From NCBI RefSeq assembly GCF_001194135.2, contig NC_068982.1, forward strand, positions 60,065,555 to 60,129,554: a stretch of 64,000 nt of DNA, in the 5' to 3' direction. This DNA is from Octopus bimaculoides (lineage: Eukaryota). Shown here piece by piece: positions 50,625 to 63,890 of this stretch (positions are counted from its first letter, which is position 1; each line of letters starts with the position of its first letter). The translations under genes were made by a program, and so were the position numbers. Under the pieces are notes generated by a model. The model was not told the DNA's origin. It saw only the letters and a list, made by a program, of their open reading frames with translations, and made no database searches.

Positions 50625-51040
50625 ATCTTTTATCTTTTGCTTGTTTCAGTCACTAGACTGTGGTCAAGTTGGGACTCTGCCTTGAATTTTAGTCAAACAA
50701 ATCAACCCCTGTACTTATTTGTTTTCAAGCCTGATACTTATTCTATCGGTCTCTTTTTGTCAAATGGCTAAGTTACAGAGACATAACCACACTAACATCA
50801 GTTGTCGAGCAGTGGTGGGGGACAAACACAGACACAAAGAGACACACACACACATATGTGTATATATATGTATACATACACAAACAATGGGTTTCTTTCA
50901 GTTTCCATTTATCAAATCCACTCAAAAGGCTTTTGTTGGCCCAATATTATAGAAGATACTTGTCAAAGGTGCCTCTCAGTAGGACTGGACCTGGAACCAT
51001 GTAGTTGGGAAGCAAACTTCTTACCACAGAGCCACACCTC
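50625..51040 (-). mobile_element. SINE family A, full length
   Basis: Reverse copy with all modules. Confidence 0.85.
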
Positions 51041-51429
51041 ACCTATGTAACATAGGTTATAAATGCTCTAATGGATGAACTGGCCTGTGGAAAAAGAGCC
51101 TTATTACACTTATTGTATTACACTTAGTTCATATACATTCTGATGTATGTCCAGGAATGAGACACATGGTGACATTGCAACTCAAGTCAGTTGAAATATA
51201 GTGTTTATATTCTTTTATTGAGTTGATCTGGAAGAAGGGGTCTATATCCAATACTTTCATAAAACTGGAAAGTTTAAAATGTAAATATAAATTTTTTGCT
51301 TGTAATAAATGTTGCATTTCGGTGCTTATGGCCATGGCTTATTATAAAACATTTTCATAATGGTTTTACATTTTATCAAATATATCAAACGTAAAATGTT
51401 TTGTTTCTGAGATTCTTATCATCAGTGCC

Positions 51430-51477
51430 CAGTTTCTAACCCATGATGGATCAGAACCCATCATAAGTTAGGAACTG
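51430..51477. repeat. Short imperfect inverted repeat
   Basis: CAGTTTCTAACCCATGATGG / CCATCATAAGTTAGGAACTG. Confidence 0.6.
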
Positions 51478-52017
51478 CTTTTATTTATTACGTGCTCAAT
51501 CATTTTTAGCATCAGTTTGTAAATCTGACAGATCTCGAAGATTTGTCTGTGAGAATGTTCATTATATGGAAGAAAGGAGAGAGAGAGAACGAATGAGGGC
51601 AGAATATGAAAGAAGATGATGGAGACAGACAGACAGACAGGCAGACAGAGAGACAAAGAAATAGAGGGGGAAGGAAGGAGAGAGAGAGAGAGAGAGAGAG
51701 ATTTAATCAAATAGATTTATAGCAAGGGAGTAATCAATTGATCATTAGGTGATGATAAAAACAAATCAACAGATATGAATGAAGTCATCTATTTTTTTTA
51801 CCACTTGTCATAGTTTATTAGTCTCTTGGGAAAATAAAAAAAATCTGTTAAGTTGACAACGACAATATTTCAAATAAAACCTCTAAATCCCTGAAGATCT
51901 ATCAATTATACAGTTTACATTAGCAAAGTCCAAATAAGTTCACATCTGTTTGAATACATGTGGATTTATGTTTGTAAAAGTTAAGTTGCAACAGAAAACT
52001 AAGTTTGAGATGTTTAC

Positions 52018-52054
<37 letters not shown>

Positions 52055-53064
52055 TTCCTTTGTTTGAACAATAGAGGATGATAAGATGCCAAATAAAATT
52101 TAGTGTCTCAGAATGAACAAAAGATATTTTAGAAATGTCTTTATGTACAAACTGTATCACAAAAGAATGAGACAAAACATTTTCAAATGTCACCATTAGA
52201 TTACAGAAGTGAAGAAACAATTTCTGAAATAGCATGTTTTATTCTTTCATAAGGAATTAAGCATTTTTTCCCCCTCCTTTAATTAAAAGATCCAATGGTA
52301 ATGAACAAAATCATTAACAGAAGTAGTTCTAATTTCCTACAGGAGAGTAATTGAGAAGAATACTTGTAAATCTGTTAAATATATGACCTATGAATTCTCT
52401 TAAAAAAAAAAAAAGACAGCTAATAACCAAGTCACTGCTGAGAGAGCATTCTCCTTGTCTCACTTTCACCTTTAAACATGTTGTGCTATGAAATGTTTCT
52501 GTCACTTATTGATTCAATGATTAAATAAGAATTGTAACACCAATCAAGGGAGCTAAAATCAATAAAGCACCAATAAAAGAGAACTAGAACTGCAAAACAG
52601 TTGCAGGTAGCAACAATAACTTAGGTCTATTAACAGTTATTGGTACTAAAATATACTGGCACAGTCGACCAGTAAGTTTGAATGTTAGCCAGTAGGCTTT
52701 AACAATATCTGGCTGTAAAAGTTACTTATCTTGGAAGTCATTGTCTTTTCTAAAAGGACTATTATTTTAGTCAATATATCTTAGCAAACAACCACAAGAT
52801 CCCAAATAGTTCTTGTAAATAATTAATGTTTATACTGTTAAGAAGTTCAATTAAAATAAGAAATTGATTATCTGGAATTTAATAACTTGGCATTTAATCA
52901 TTCTTGAATACATATAATTCTCATGGAATGTTGTAATGTCTGCACAGAAAAGCTGAATCAGTTTAGAACATTAATTCTAGTACAGAAAGCAAAAAACTCA
53001 ACCCCAGATTTGCAGTTCTTAGTTATGGTATCACTTTATTCATGCTTCTAATGCATTTGTCATT

Positions 53065-53295
53065 ATCATCATTAAATATCCATTATTTCATACTTGCATG
53101 GGTTGGACGGAATTTGTGGAGCTGGATTTTCTAAGGTTGGATGCTCTTCCTGTCACAAACACTTTCCTTTTTTCAAGTAAGGTATTATTTTCCCATGACC
53201 AGACATGTTTTGACAGAAGATTAGAAATGAAGGACACTGCTGACATGATGGTAACATTCATTTAAAACCATCATGTGATGTCAAGGTAAGGAGGC
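53065..53295 (-). mobile_element. SINE body C
   Basis: GCATGGGTTGGACGGAATTTG...GGATGCTCTTCCTGTCAC. Confidence 0.65.
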
Positions 53296-53339
53296 AGTAA
53301 CACATGCTTTCATGTACACATACACAAGGACTGAGATAT

Positions 53340-53523
53340 CTGGTGTGCTCAAAATGGCCCATCTGTCTCTGTGGAGTGGGTGGTGTTAAGAAGAACATCC
53401 AGCAGTAGAAATCATGCCAGAACAGACAATGGAGCCTGATGCGACCCCTGGCCTTACCAGCTCCAATCAAACCATCCAGCCCATACTAGCATGGAAAATG
53501 GAAGTTAAATGATGATGATGATG
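53340..53523 (+). mobile_element. RTE LINE 3' end
   Basis: GAAGAACATCCAGCAGTAGAAA...CCATACTAGCATGGAAAATGGAAGTTAAA(TGA)n. Confidence 0.65.
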
Positions 53524-53527
53524 CATG

Positions 53528-53560
<33 letters not shown>

Positions 53561-54017
53561 AATGCTCAAAATACAAGACTAGAAAAACAGCCAATAACTG
53601 ACGAAGAGTCGTTCTTTATGTTGTTTGCTTTGTTTGCCATTTGTGTCTTTTATTGTTTGAAAGAATAATTCATGTTTCATGTACTCGTGCTTNNNNNNNN
53701 NNNNNNNNNNNNNNNNNNNNNNNNNNNNNNNNNNNNNNNNNNNNNNNNNNNNNNNNNNNNNNNNNNNNNNNNNNNNNNNNNNNNNNNNNNNNNNNNNNNN
53801 NNNNNNNNNNNNNNNNNNNNNNNNNNNNNNNNNNNNNNNNNNNNNNNNNNNNNNNNNNNNNNNNNNNNNNNNNNNNNNNNNNNNNNNNNNNNNNNNNNNN
53901 NNNNNNNNNNNNNNNNNNNNNNNNNNNNNNNNNNNNNNNNNNNNNNNNNNNNNNNNNNNNNNNNNNNNNNNNNNNNNNNNNNNNNNNNNNNNNNNNNNNN
54001 NNNNNNNNNNNNNNNNN

Positions 54018-54049
<32 letters not shown>

Positions 54050-54059
<10 letters not shown>

Positions 54060-54215
54060 GGTGTCTTTCAGTTTCTATCTACCAAATCCACTCACAAGGC
54101 GTTCATCAAGCATAGGCTATAGTAGAAGACACATGCACAAAATTCCATGCAATAGGACTGAACCTAAAAGTGTATGGTTGGGAAGTAAACTTCTTACCAC
54201 ACAGCCATGCCTGTA
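54050..54215 (-). mobile_element. SINE family A head
   Basis: Reverse head next to the gap. Confidence 0.7.
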
Positions 54216-54835
54216 CCTATCCATACTTAAACCTACAGACTGAATACATTTATTTCAAGAAATTTTGCGACAGTAGTGACATCATATCTTTGGGCATAAC
54301 ATCTAATTTGTACTGAGCAACTAAACTGATAGACAATGCATTATATTTTCTTGGAATGAAATAGATAAAACAGTGGAAATGAAGATGAAGAAATAGTGTC
54401 ACTGAAGCACAAAACACTTTAAAAAAAGACAAAATAAATTACTGAATATTTTTTGGCTATCTCTGCTTTGCCACATTGGAACATAACAAGAAATTCTGGG
54501 AATAATTTTAGAAGACAATCTAACCTACTGAGGGATGTTAAACTTAATCTTCAAATTTTGGCTGCCTTCTGTATATAAGACAGTTACTATTCTATAACTA
54601 TTGTATATTATTTATTGTTTATTGCCCAATATAGATTTTTAATAGTTTTAATGCAATAAAGAATAAATGAGACATTGACTATTACCGTAAACTGTTCTTT
54701 CATGGTAATTCATTCATGCTGGCAAAAAGATTTCAACAGATTATGCATAATATTAATATAATATATGGCAGTTTTTGTTGTTATTTTCATATTAATAGAG
54801 CTGATCAGGCTGGATAAGCCAACACTTAAGTGACT

Positions 54836-54948
54836 GGAATGATGATGCTGATGATGACAATAGCAATGATGACGATGATGACAACACAAAATTGATGCTG
54901 ATGCTGATGATGGTGGCGATGGTGGTGATGATGATGATGTTGATGACG
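54836..54948. repeat. Degenerate (GAT)n low-complexity tract
   Basis: Read directly. Confidence 0.85.
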
Positions 54949-55452
54949 AATTTCATCTACTGTAGGACAGTAGTCATGAAATATCCTGAAATTCAATTTG
55001 AAGCCAATATCCAGTTAAAAAGAATTCGAATTAAAATTTTTTTGTCTTTTTGTAAAATATCTTTGACCACAGTAAAGTAATTAGCATTTATAATTTGTAT
55101 GTGAACATGAAAGTCTGTTGGCACCATTAAGTCTGATGGTTCTCCATTTGTTGATTTCTCATAATTTAAAGACCAATAACACTCGCATCATTCATTCCCC
55201 CCTTTCTTGATTCAAAATATTTACATTTCACCCAACAGTTCCACTGTGAAACAACTGGCGTATAAGTGACACAAGAAGAAAAAAGATAATTCCACTCTAT
55301 TTTAATAAATGTATTTAATTCATGTTCCTGCTGAAAAGAATTTTGCATGATTAATAGTTGAATGAAATAAATACAGTTTTAAATTACTCCATACAATTTT
55401 TCTAGAACTGTTTCCACTAATAAAAGAAATATATCATTTGAAATATGCTTAG

Positions 55453-55512
<60 letters not shown>

Positions 55513-56599
55513 TTCATTCATTCATTTATTTATTTACTGTATTAGATTGCATTCACATCCACAATAATCTCAATTTTTTAATATATTTTTACTTATCTAT
55601 TTATACATTTATTTTGTGTTGACATCACTGTCTTTAAATCTGATTATCCATAATGGTGTAGGTAGGATGGCTTTGCTCAACCAATTCTATACTTGCTAGC
55701 AATATTCTATATGTTCTCGGGAGATTTCATTTTAGTTCTAATTTTTATGTACCCCAGTAGAAAAATGGATTAATTTTCATTATGACATTGCCTAATCTTA
55801 AAACATTAGATCTGTGATAAAGACTGCAGACATTCAGACTAAATCTTTGTCTTAAAACTGAAATTATATAAACCTATGGCTTATAGAAGCCAATCAAAGA
55901 TAGAGCAACCAATCAAAATCTTAGTCATAATTCCACTAATATGATATACTCTATATGCTTCAGAGCACTTTTAGTCAATGATATTAAATCATCAATTAAT
56001 ATTAATTATAAAACTTATGTTTACTAGTGCTGATACCAAATTATTGCAAACACATGATAAAATATGCCGAAATGTTTTAGGAGTTTCTTTACTAATGGAA
56101 GATTTATACTGCTTATTAAACTTACTTTTTCTGGCAGGGTATGTTCTTATATAATATTATTTCAGAACGTTTGCATCCATTCATCATTAGGTGCCATTAG
56201 ATGACACACTAAGGTATGTAGTCAGCTTCTTTGTAGGTAAAAATCTTTGCCATTAATTGTAACTTAATTCGTTTTCATATTATTCTGCTTGAGAGCTTCT
56301 ATGGTTTTCTATAAATACAAAAACTGGTTATTTTAAAGTTTTCATATCCAAATTGGAAACTTTCCATCATAATTTCATGCAAGAACCTTTTATTAACTTA
56401 GATTCTGAAGATCAACTAAATAATTGCAAAGTTTGATTATTTTACAGAATCCTTCCAAATTTTTGTTTGTTTTCTAGATAAATTTAAGCATGTAGGCAAT
56501 ATATTTAATCAAAAATAGGGTCACAAAAGGACCAAACCAATTAGTTATTCTAAAAGGTTAATAATGTCGAAGGAATTTCTCAGATGAATGAATCGACCT

Positions 56600-56890
56600 C
56601 AGTACTTAGTTTTTTTCCTTTTGAAACCTGGTATTTATTATATCTCTCTGCTTTTGTTGAACCACTGAGTGACAGGGACGTAAGCAAACCAACACTCATT
56701 GTCAAGTAGTGGTGGAATACACACACACACACGCACAAATGATGGGCTTCTTTTAACTTCCATCTACCAAATCTACTCACAAAGCTTTGGTCAGCCTGAA
56801 GCCATGGTAGAAGACACTTGCCAAAGGTGTCACACAGTGGGACTGAGCCTCAAACCATGTGACTGAGAAGCAAACTGCTTGCCACACAAT
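56600..56890 (-). mobile_element. SINE family A
   Basis: Reverse copy. Confidence 0.8.
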
Positions 56891-57129
56891 CCCATAGCAG
56901 TATTCCCTTCCATATATAAGAATTCCCTCAGTAAATACAAAAAATATTCCTATACTAGATTTCTAATCATTATCAATCACATATGACAATGAGCTTCTTT
57001 TACATTCAGTTAATATTTACAAAGAAAAGAAAATATGTTTTTCCTTTGCTAATGTTTGCATTTTCTCAGTTAGTTTCAGCAATTTTTTGTATTCATTTCT
57101 CTACACCAGTGTAAGGTTGATTACACATG

Positions 57130-57280
57130 CTCCCTAAAGTCAAATATTGTGTAACAAATCTTTTCTCTCATTGCAGATGTAGAGTTACCACTCAAAATGT
57201 AATCTTCTTGCCATTTTTCTTGAATAAACTTGCACTCTTTAGTCAATGATTCAACATATTGCTTGTCATAGATAAACTAA
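57130..57280 (-). mobile_element. Possible hAT (SPIN/GTF2IRD2-like) transposase N-terminal relic
   Basis: Minus strand translates KECKFIQEKWQEDYILSG...IC...FREH, resembling ECRVFQEKWxxxYF...C..C..FKEYN. Confidence 0.3.
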
Positions 57281-57354
57281 CATTCCAGCTGGTTGCTAAG
57301 TACCCTATCCACTCAGCTATCAATTTAAGCAAAAAACGAAAAAAAAAAAAAAAA

Positions 57355-57490
57355 GGCAAAGTGGTGGATTTGCAGAATGTAAATGCTTTGCAGCATTTAG
57401 TTTCAGTCATCTATGTTCTGAGTTCAAATCTTACCCAGGGTAGACTTTGCCTTTCTCTCTTTCAGAGTCAATAACATAAGGACTTGTCAA
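57355..57490 (+). mobile_element. SINE family B fragment
   Basis: GTTCTGAGTTCAAATC...GACTTTGCCTTTC. Confidence 0.6.
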
Positions 57491-57689
57491 GAAGTGAGAT
57501 ATACTTAACTGAAAGGTTAAGAGTATGTCACCTGTTCATGGTGTCCTAGCTGGCCATTCAGTAATGAACTGTTGCTAAATGATGCACTTGTGGACATTTG
57601 CAACACCATACATGAAATAATGTTCACCAGAAGCATGCATTGGCATTATGTTGTCTGAATAAAATTAGGCAAATATATTATCTACTATC

Positions 57690-57876
57690 GGCAGAAGGCC
57701 TGAACTTTTCATTTTCTTTTGTGTGGTGAGATATAGTCAATTACATTGACCTCAGTATTCAACTGGTACTTTGTTTCAGTGACTTGAAAGATGAAAAGCC
57801 AAGTCAACGTCAGCAGAATGGATTATATGCTGCTAAGCATTTCACCCAGTGTGCTAACAATCCTGCCAGTTCACTA
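57690..57876 (-). mobile_element. SINE family B
   Basis: Reverse copy. Confidence 0.6.
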
Positions 57877-58064
57877 CATTAGGTGATCATAGGATAATGA
57901 TACCAATTTTCAGTTACAATAGCTGAAATATAATTTCAGCTTGAACCCTAACCGTAAGCCCCAATAGTCTTGTACCTAACAGTATTGTAACCATACCATT
58001 TACTGGTTATGTTTTCGTTTGTGGTGACTTTTTTACTTGTAGCTATAAAGCAATTGTATGTTAC

Positions 58065-58931
58065 CATTTTTGACACATCCTGTTGGCACCCAGATAGAAA
58101 ATTGTTTATGTCTAAAAATTAGTGATCCCAGAGGTTATGCTGTGTTAGCATGAGTAAAATTATAAGATTCCTTCATCAAGAATTTCCATATGATCAACCA
58201 TCCTTATATCCTTAACTGAATTACTAATGTAAAAAAATTTCTTTGAAATAACTAATTGTTTCAATATTTCAATTCTATCTATTCTCTTTCTAACTTTCTG
58301 AAATAGTTTAGAACATTTTAAGTCGAATAAGATCAGAGGTTTTACCATGTTTCATAAACCAATTTGGTGTTCTAATAATGGTCAATATGTTAAGGGTTTC
58401 AGTTATACTTTCAAAGCTTTATATCTAGAAGAAATATTCACTTATTAATACAATATTCATAAGATCAAGGAGAGCGATAACAGTTATTTGTCACGATTCC
58501 AATCTGAAACTGGAAAATAAAACAATCACAAATATCAGTATGCATCGTGAAGAACGTGTGACCCTCTTTTAAGAAACAAAATAAATTTGGTTGGAAAGTT
58601 AATGAACATATTGACCATTATTAGAACACTAAATTGGATTATGAAATGTGGTAAAACCTCTGATCTTATTCGACTTAAAATGGTCTAAACTATTTCAGAA
58701 AGTTAAAAAGAGCATGGATAGAATTGAAATATTGAAACAATTAGTTATTTCAAAGAAGATTTTTTACATTAGTAATTCAGTTAAGGCTATAAGGATGGTT
58801 GATCATATGGAAATTCTTGATGAAGGAATCTTATAATTTTACTCATGCAAACACAGCATAACCTCTGGGATCACTAATCTTAAGATGTAAACAATTTTCT
58901 ACCTGGGTGCCAACAGGATGTGTCAAAAATG
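58065..58931. mobile_element. Foldback-type element: ~327-bp inverted arms, 213-bp spacer
   Basis: Arms 58065-58391 / 58605-58931 align end to end with high identity; the ORF track shows mirrored ORFs 58160-58348(-) and 58648-58836(+). Confidence 0.9.
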
Positions 58932-59404
58932 TTGTTTTCTCACAACACAAAGCTGTTCATCATAATTTTTATAGTTTTCCAGCCATCCATAAATTAGAAG
59001 AGCTGACTAAATTGTTATGTCTTTGTGACTATGTAAGTCTCCCAGACAACATCTCCAGTAGGTGTGGTGTTTTAATAATTAATAAAAAGCATAGATTATG
59101 GCATGGGCTAGTCTACTGCAACCACTTGATTAGATGTAAAATTACTTTTCCAAGTATCAACAACTAATTTCCATTGAGCGTGTTAAATGTTTTTCCTAAA
59201 AACTACTAAACATTATTTGCAATTGAAAAGTTGAGCATAAGAAACTGTGGCATGATGGATAAAAGCTTTCAAATGATGAGTCACAGTAGTCAAATGACTA
59301 AAACAGGTAAAAGAATAATATATGTGTGTGTGTGTATGTATTTATATATATAGACACACACACACAAACATCTATATATATATATATATATCCTGTTTTA
59401 CAAA

Positions 59405-60630
59405 TGTGGGGATGAGCCGGAAGAAGAGAGTTATGACGTCAATGGTCAAGGGACTGACAGGAAGAGGAAGTGCAGGGGGCGACAGGACAGGGTCGTCCTC
59501 TTTTGGTCAGCTGAGGTATTGCAAATGGACGTCAGGGAATTCACTCTCGGGCTGGTGAGATAACAGCTGCTTATATTGGGTGATGGGTAGGGCAGGATCA
59601 CCGGAGTGACTACTACAAGACTGACGCAGACAAGAGAGGAAGGTAGGTGAACCTCTTTTCATCTCCCATGCACGACAAGTTATTTCAGCAATTTCGTTGT
59701 CCCCTTGTGTAGTAGCCTGGATTCGAAAGGTCAAAGTTGTAGCCAGGCTACAAGGCATTGAAGTTGTAGTGAGCCTCATGGCCCTGTATTTGGAGGGGAG
59801 TGTGCTAGCACTGTACCTCGAAATGGATGAAGAACAACTGAGTGTGGTGAAGATTGAACAGCACTTGAGAGAGGCTTACACAGATGGAGAATACGCTGCT
59901 TTTGCTAAGCTGGCAACAATCAGATGGGGAGGGGAACAGATTGATGAATATGCTGTGGAGATATGGACGTTGGTTGTCTGCTCTTATCGGTGAGGGACTT
60001 CAGAAAGTAGCACGACTGGCTTTTGTGAATGGCTTTCCTGACAACATGTCAGTGCAACTACAACAGTTGCCAGGTGACAACAAAATGACGATGAGCAAGC
60101 TTATCATTCAAGCCCACGTGTTGACACAATACACCGGGCAGAATGCAGTGGTGATGGTGGCTGCAGAAGCCCACAAATCTGCATGACAGCCAGTGAAGGA
60201 CGAAAAGAGGCCTGCTGTGGAATGACAGTGGCCATTCATAGGCTGGTGTTTTAAGTGCCAAGGACAGCACATGACGAGGGACTGTGCAGAGCTCGGACCG
60301 GTTTGCTACCGGTACAAACAGACTGGGAATATTGCCCAAATTGTAACCAGGGAAAAGGCCACGGGGAAGTTGTTGCCCCTCAAACTTCACCCACAAATGA
60401 GGCGTTGGTGAAGTTACTGCCCGTGGTTGAGGTCATGGTCAGGGGAAACACGTTCAAGGCCCTCATGGACATGGGCTGCATGACAACTCTCATGACTCTG
60501 AGGGTGACAAAGAAATAAAAGAGGACAACCCTGTCCTATCCCCCCTTACGCTTCCCCTCTCATGCTTCCTCTTCCAGTCAGTCCCTTGACCATTAACATC
60601 ATGGCCCTCTTCTTCCAGCTCTTCCCCACA
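59405..60630 (+). mobile_element. Gypsy-like gag-protease relic bounded by inverted ~100-114-bp repeats
   Basis: VAWIRKVKVVARLQ...LYLEG..LALYLEM capsid-like region; knuckles CFKCQGQHMTRDC (60247-85) and degenerate CYRYKQTGNIAQxC; protease start ALMDMGC; frameshifts and stops; termini TGTGGGG...CCCCACA. Confidence 0.85.
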
Positions 60631-61828
60631 ACATATTTATTTTAAAAAAAGCATTATTTTCAATTTTCAAAAGAGTGAGGAAACTTATTGTCCTAAAATA
60701 TGACACAGTATAACAGTAATCCTGTTTAATTATCAGGACATACTTGGTCCAATTGTCCAGGTGGTTTGGGAAGTAGAGGTATGAACTGAACAATAGGACA
60801 AGTATATCTGTTACCTTGGAAGCCCAGCACCATGACATTTCAGGGATTTCAGGAGATTAGTGGTTGCATCAATGGGATTTAATGAATGTATTGCCAAGAT
60901 AGGTGATGGCTGTTATAAGGAAGTGAGAGATGTGAGGAAGGAATAAAGAGTAGAGAGAAAATGTGTACTTTAAGAAGCTTAAGTAACTTCAGTTGATCCA
61001 TGTTGTTAGCTGTTTTATATTAATGTTTAAGTGACTTTTGAGTAGCTCATATTACTCCAAATATAAGGATCTACTAATTAAAATGTAGAGACTGTAAAAA
61101 TAGAATATGTAAGATTGACAGTCTGTTTAATGCAAACTGTTTGGTTTATTCTTCGTTAAAGAGACTTTATATACTATAAACTATATAGGATAACATAAGG
61201 AAAAAATCCTCAAGGAGTTGGGATTTGTTTTTTTTTTGGGGTTTTCTTTTTTGTTGCTGAAAGAAAATAAAAACACCTGGTGATAATTACTATTAACTCT
61301 CAAATGAAAGAGGGAAATAATTTCAAGAAAATAGGAATTGTTTGTCACCAAGCAGGGTGACAACTACAGACTCAAGCAAGTTTGAGAAGACTATACTTTG
61401 CAGAAAAGGACAAAATAAGATTGAAACATGCTTATAGCTATCTTACTGTAACTGAATTTCCCAGCCAAAAGCCTTAAAACTGGCAACAATATTTCCCCTC
61501 TATTTCAAGCAAACAAAATAAGTCTTTCCCCAGAATGTTGAAAATGTATGGAAAAATAATTAGAAGTCATACCAAGTATAGAAAAGTAGAATGCTTTTGT
61601 CATCATAGATAAAACCTAAACAGCTAGTCTGTCAAAAGGTGATTCAGTTAGCCTTTAACTCCAATTATTACAGTAATATTTTGTTTCTGCTATATTAGCG
61701 ATTACTAGCACTGGGAGCCAATGTAATCAACCTACCCTCTCTCCTTAAATTGCTGGCCTTGTGCCGAAATTTGAAACCATTCTTCTTCTTATTATTATTA
61801 TTATTATTATCATTATTATTATTATTTA

Positions 61829-62040
61829 GACAGTGAACAGGCTGAATTGTTAGCACATCAGACAAAATGCACAGTGGCATTTCATCTGTCATTACATTCT
61901 GAGTCCAAATTCCACTGAGGTCAACTTTGCCTTTTATCCTTTCAGGATCAGTAGAATAAATATCAGTCGAGCACTGCGATCAATGTAATCAACTTGCCAC
62001 TTCCCTCAACTTTCAGGCCTTGTGCCTTGAGTAGAAAGGG
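61829..62040 (+). mobile_element. SINE family B, preceded by a reverse 3' fragment at 61695-61782
   Basis: TTAGCACATCAG...CATTCTGAGTCCAAATTCCACTGAGGTCAACTTTGCC. Confidence 0.75.
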
Positions 62041-62509
62041 TATCATTATTATTATATTCTGTTCTTTATACCTTTCATATTTCCAAATAATGACTACCAA
62101 TCAAGGCACCTCTACATGGCTATATAAATAACAGCCAAATAATTCTCCAGTTACACTCTGCAGTTGTCTCTCAAAGTCGAAGATGACTTCACAGGATGGG
62201 TATCTAACACAATTCCACTAATTGTATTAGTTACCCATGAAATCGCAAGCAGCCATATACATCCTCTGGAAGCCTCTCACCCTTAACAAAGCAAAACATT
62301 CAGGTTGTAATGCTGATAAGAGTACTCTTTTTAAATGATACAAGCACAGAACTCTCACAAGCCAATCCTCTTGACCAGGGAGAATGGCTTTAACACTTCT
62401 GCTGCAGAGGACGGCTCTTTTTGAGTACAACAAGGCACCAGATATCTTGGTCCTTTGTCATTTTGTCTGAAAAGTTCAGTGTTCTGAGGTCATACTTCAG
62501 CACTTCGTC

Positions 62510-62880
62510 CCGTATCTTCCTATATGTGTTTGTCTCTTACCACTGGATAAGGGTGATAGTTTGTTTATGTCGTTTTAATTGAACAGTTCAGCCAAACAGT
62601 TTGGCAGAATAAGTACTAGACTTTACAAAAAATAAGTACTGGGGATCAGAAGTTATTCAAACAAAGCCTTGCACAGCAAGAGATTAGTTGAATAAATGTT
62701 TGTGTTGTATTTGTCCCACATCACTACTTGATAACTGGTGTTGGTTTGTTGACATTCTTTCAACTTAGCAGTTCAGCAAAAGAGTCTGGTAGAATAAGTA
62801 CCAGACTTTAAAAAAGCTAACCCATTCAAGGCGTCGCTCCAGCATGGCAGCCTCTGATGACTGAAAGAAGAGGAGGAGAA
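62510..62880 (+). mobile_element. Two diverged SINE family A bodies in tandem
   Basis: GAATAAGTAC(T/C)AGACTTTA occurs twice. Confidence 0.6.
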
Positions 62881-63003
62881 AAAAAGAAAGTAATATGCTA
62901 AAATATTATTTCAAACATCTCAAAGCTTTGTGAGACCACTACTGTGATGCTTCCAAAAAAAGCCGTTGAAAGACAGTTTATAGCATAGACTCCATCTAAG
63001 AAT

Positions 63004-63036
63004 ATCTGAAGAGGGAATTGTATTCCGAAATATCAT
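63004..63036 (+). ncRNA. Possible degenerate hammerhead ribozyme
   Basis: CUGAAGA-G-GGAA/UUCC-GAAA-UAUC with palindrome AUAU; stem I only 2 bp. Confidence 0.35.
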
Positions 63037-63774
63037 CGAACTATAGATAACTAAATTACAACAGGTATATAGTCCATTTTTTGTATTATAGTGCATTGTT
63101 GTACCATTCAAAACTTCTTATTCTTAAACAATACACAATGCTTCAAGTGAACTACAATACTCTCCTATCTTAAAGTATATAATTTCATATATACAAAACA
63201 GGGTGGGGGCTGCTCAAGTGAGATATAGTCATAAACATTTAATAAATATGAAAGTCTCTACAAAAATTTATTCTGTAAGTAATAATTAGTTTGATTACAA
63301 ATAAATACAAGTACCCAATTTATAAAAATGAAAATGAAAAAATTAAAAAATTAACTGGATTTAATCCATAAAGAATCTATTACTTTAATGAGACAAATTC
63401 TGGAACATCACATATATCGCTAGAGTAATCCTCTCAAAGAGATTAATAACAATTTAGTATCATTCGTTTATGTTGATTACCCTGTTGGCAATATCATCCA
63501 TTAATCTTTTGCTTAAAATTCAGTATGTCCTCGATGTGGTCACTTACATTTCTAAAATGTAGCCAAAACAAACAATATTGACATGTACAAGTATATTTGC
63601 ATAATAGATACATACAGTGCTAATGAATGCAGAAGAAATTTCACATCTATGTTTACAGCTGCAAGTTTCTAATTAACTTCAGATTATTCTAGTGAAATGT
63701 CACAAGTTAGTGGCTGCTGACAGTTTTTAAGCTTTATTATGGCATATTAATGATAATAATAATCCTTTCTACTA

Positions 63775-63888
63775 AAAGCACAAGACCTGGAATTTTGGCT
63801 CAGAGGACTAGTCGATTACATCAACACCAGTGTTTCACTGGTACTTAATTTATCAACCTCAGCAGAATTTGAACTCAGAACGTAAAGA
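63775..63888 (-). mobile_element. SINE family B fragment
   Basis: GGTACTTAATTTATCAACCTCAGCAGAATTTGAACTCAGAACGTAAAG. Confidence 0.65.
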
Positions 63889-63890
63889 TA

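Noticed and set aside
53596-53692. CTGACGAAGAG half-core next to a gap
   Set aside because: No matching stem II or GAAA on the same strand in the visible sequence.
58160-58836. Two near-identical 62-aa ORFs on opposite strands
   Set aside because: They mirror the inverted arms and have no recognisable domain, so they are not treated as genes.
62227-62500. Moderately GC-rich stretch with short ORFs
   Set aside because: Stops in the plausible frames and no motif I can assign; likely an old LINE fragment.
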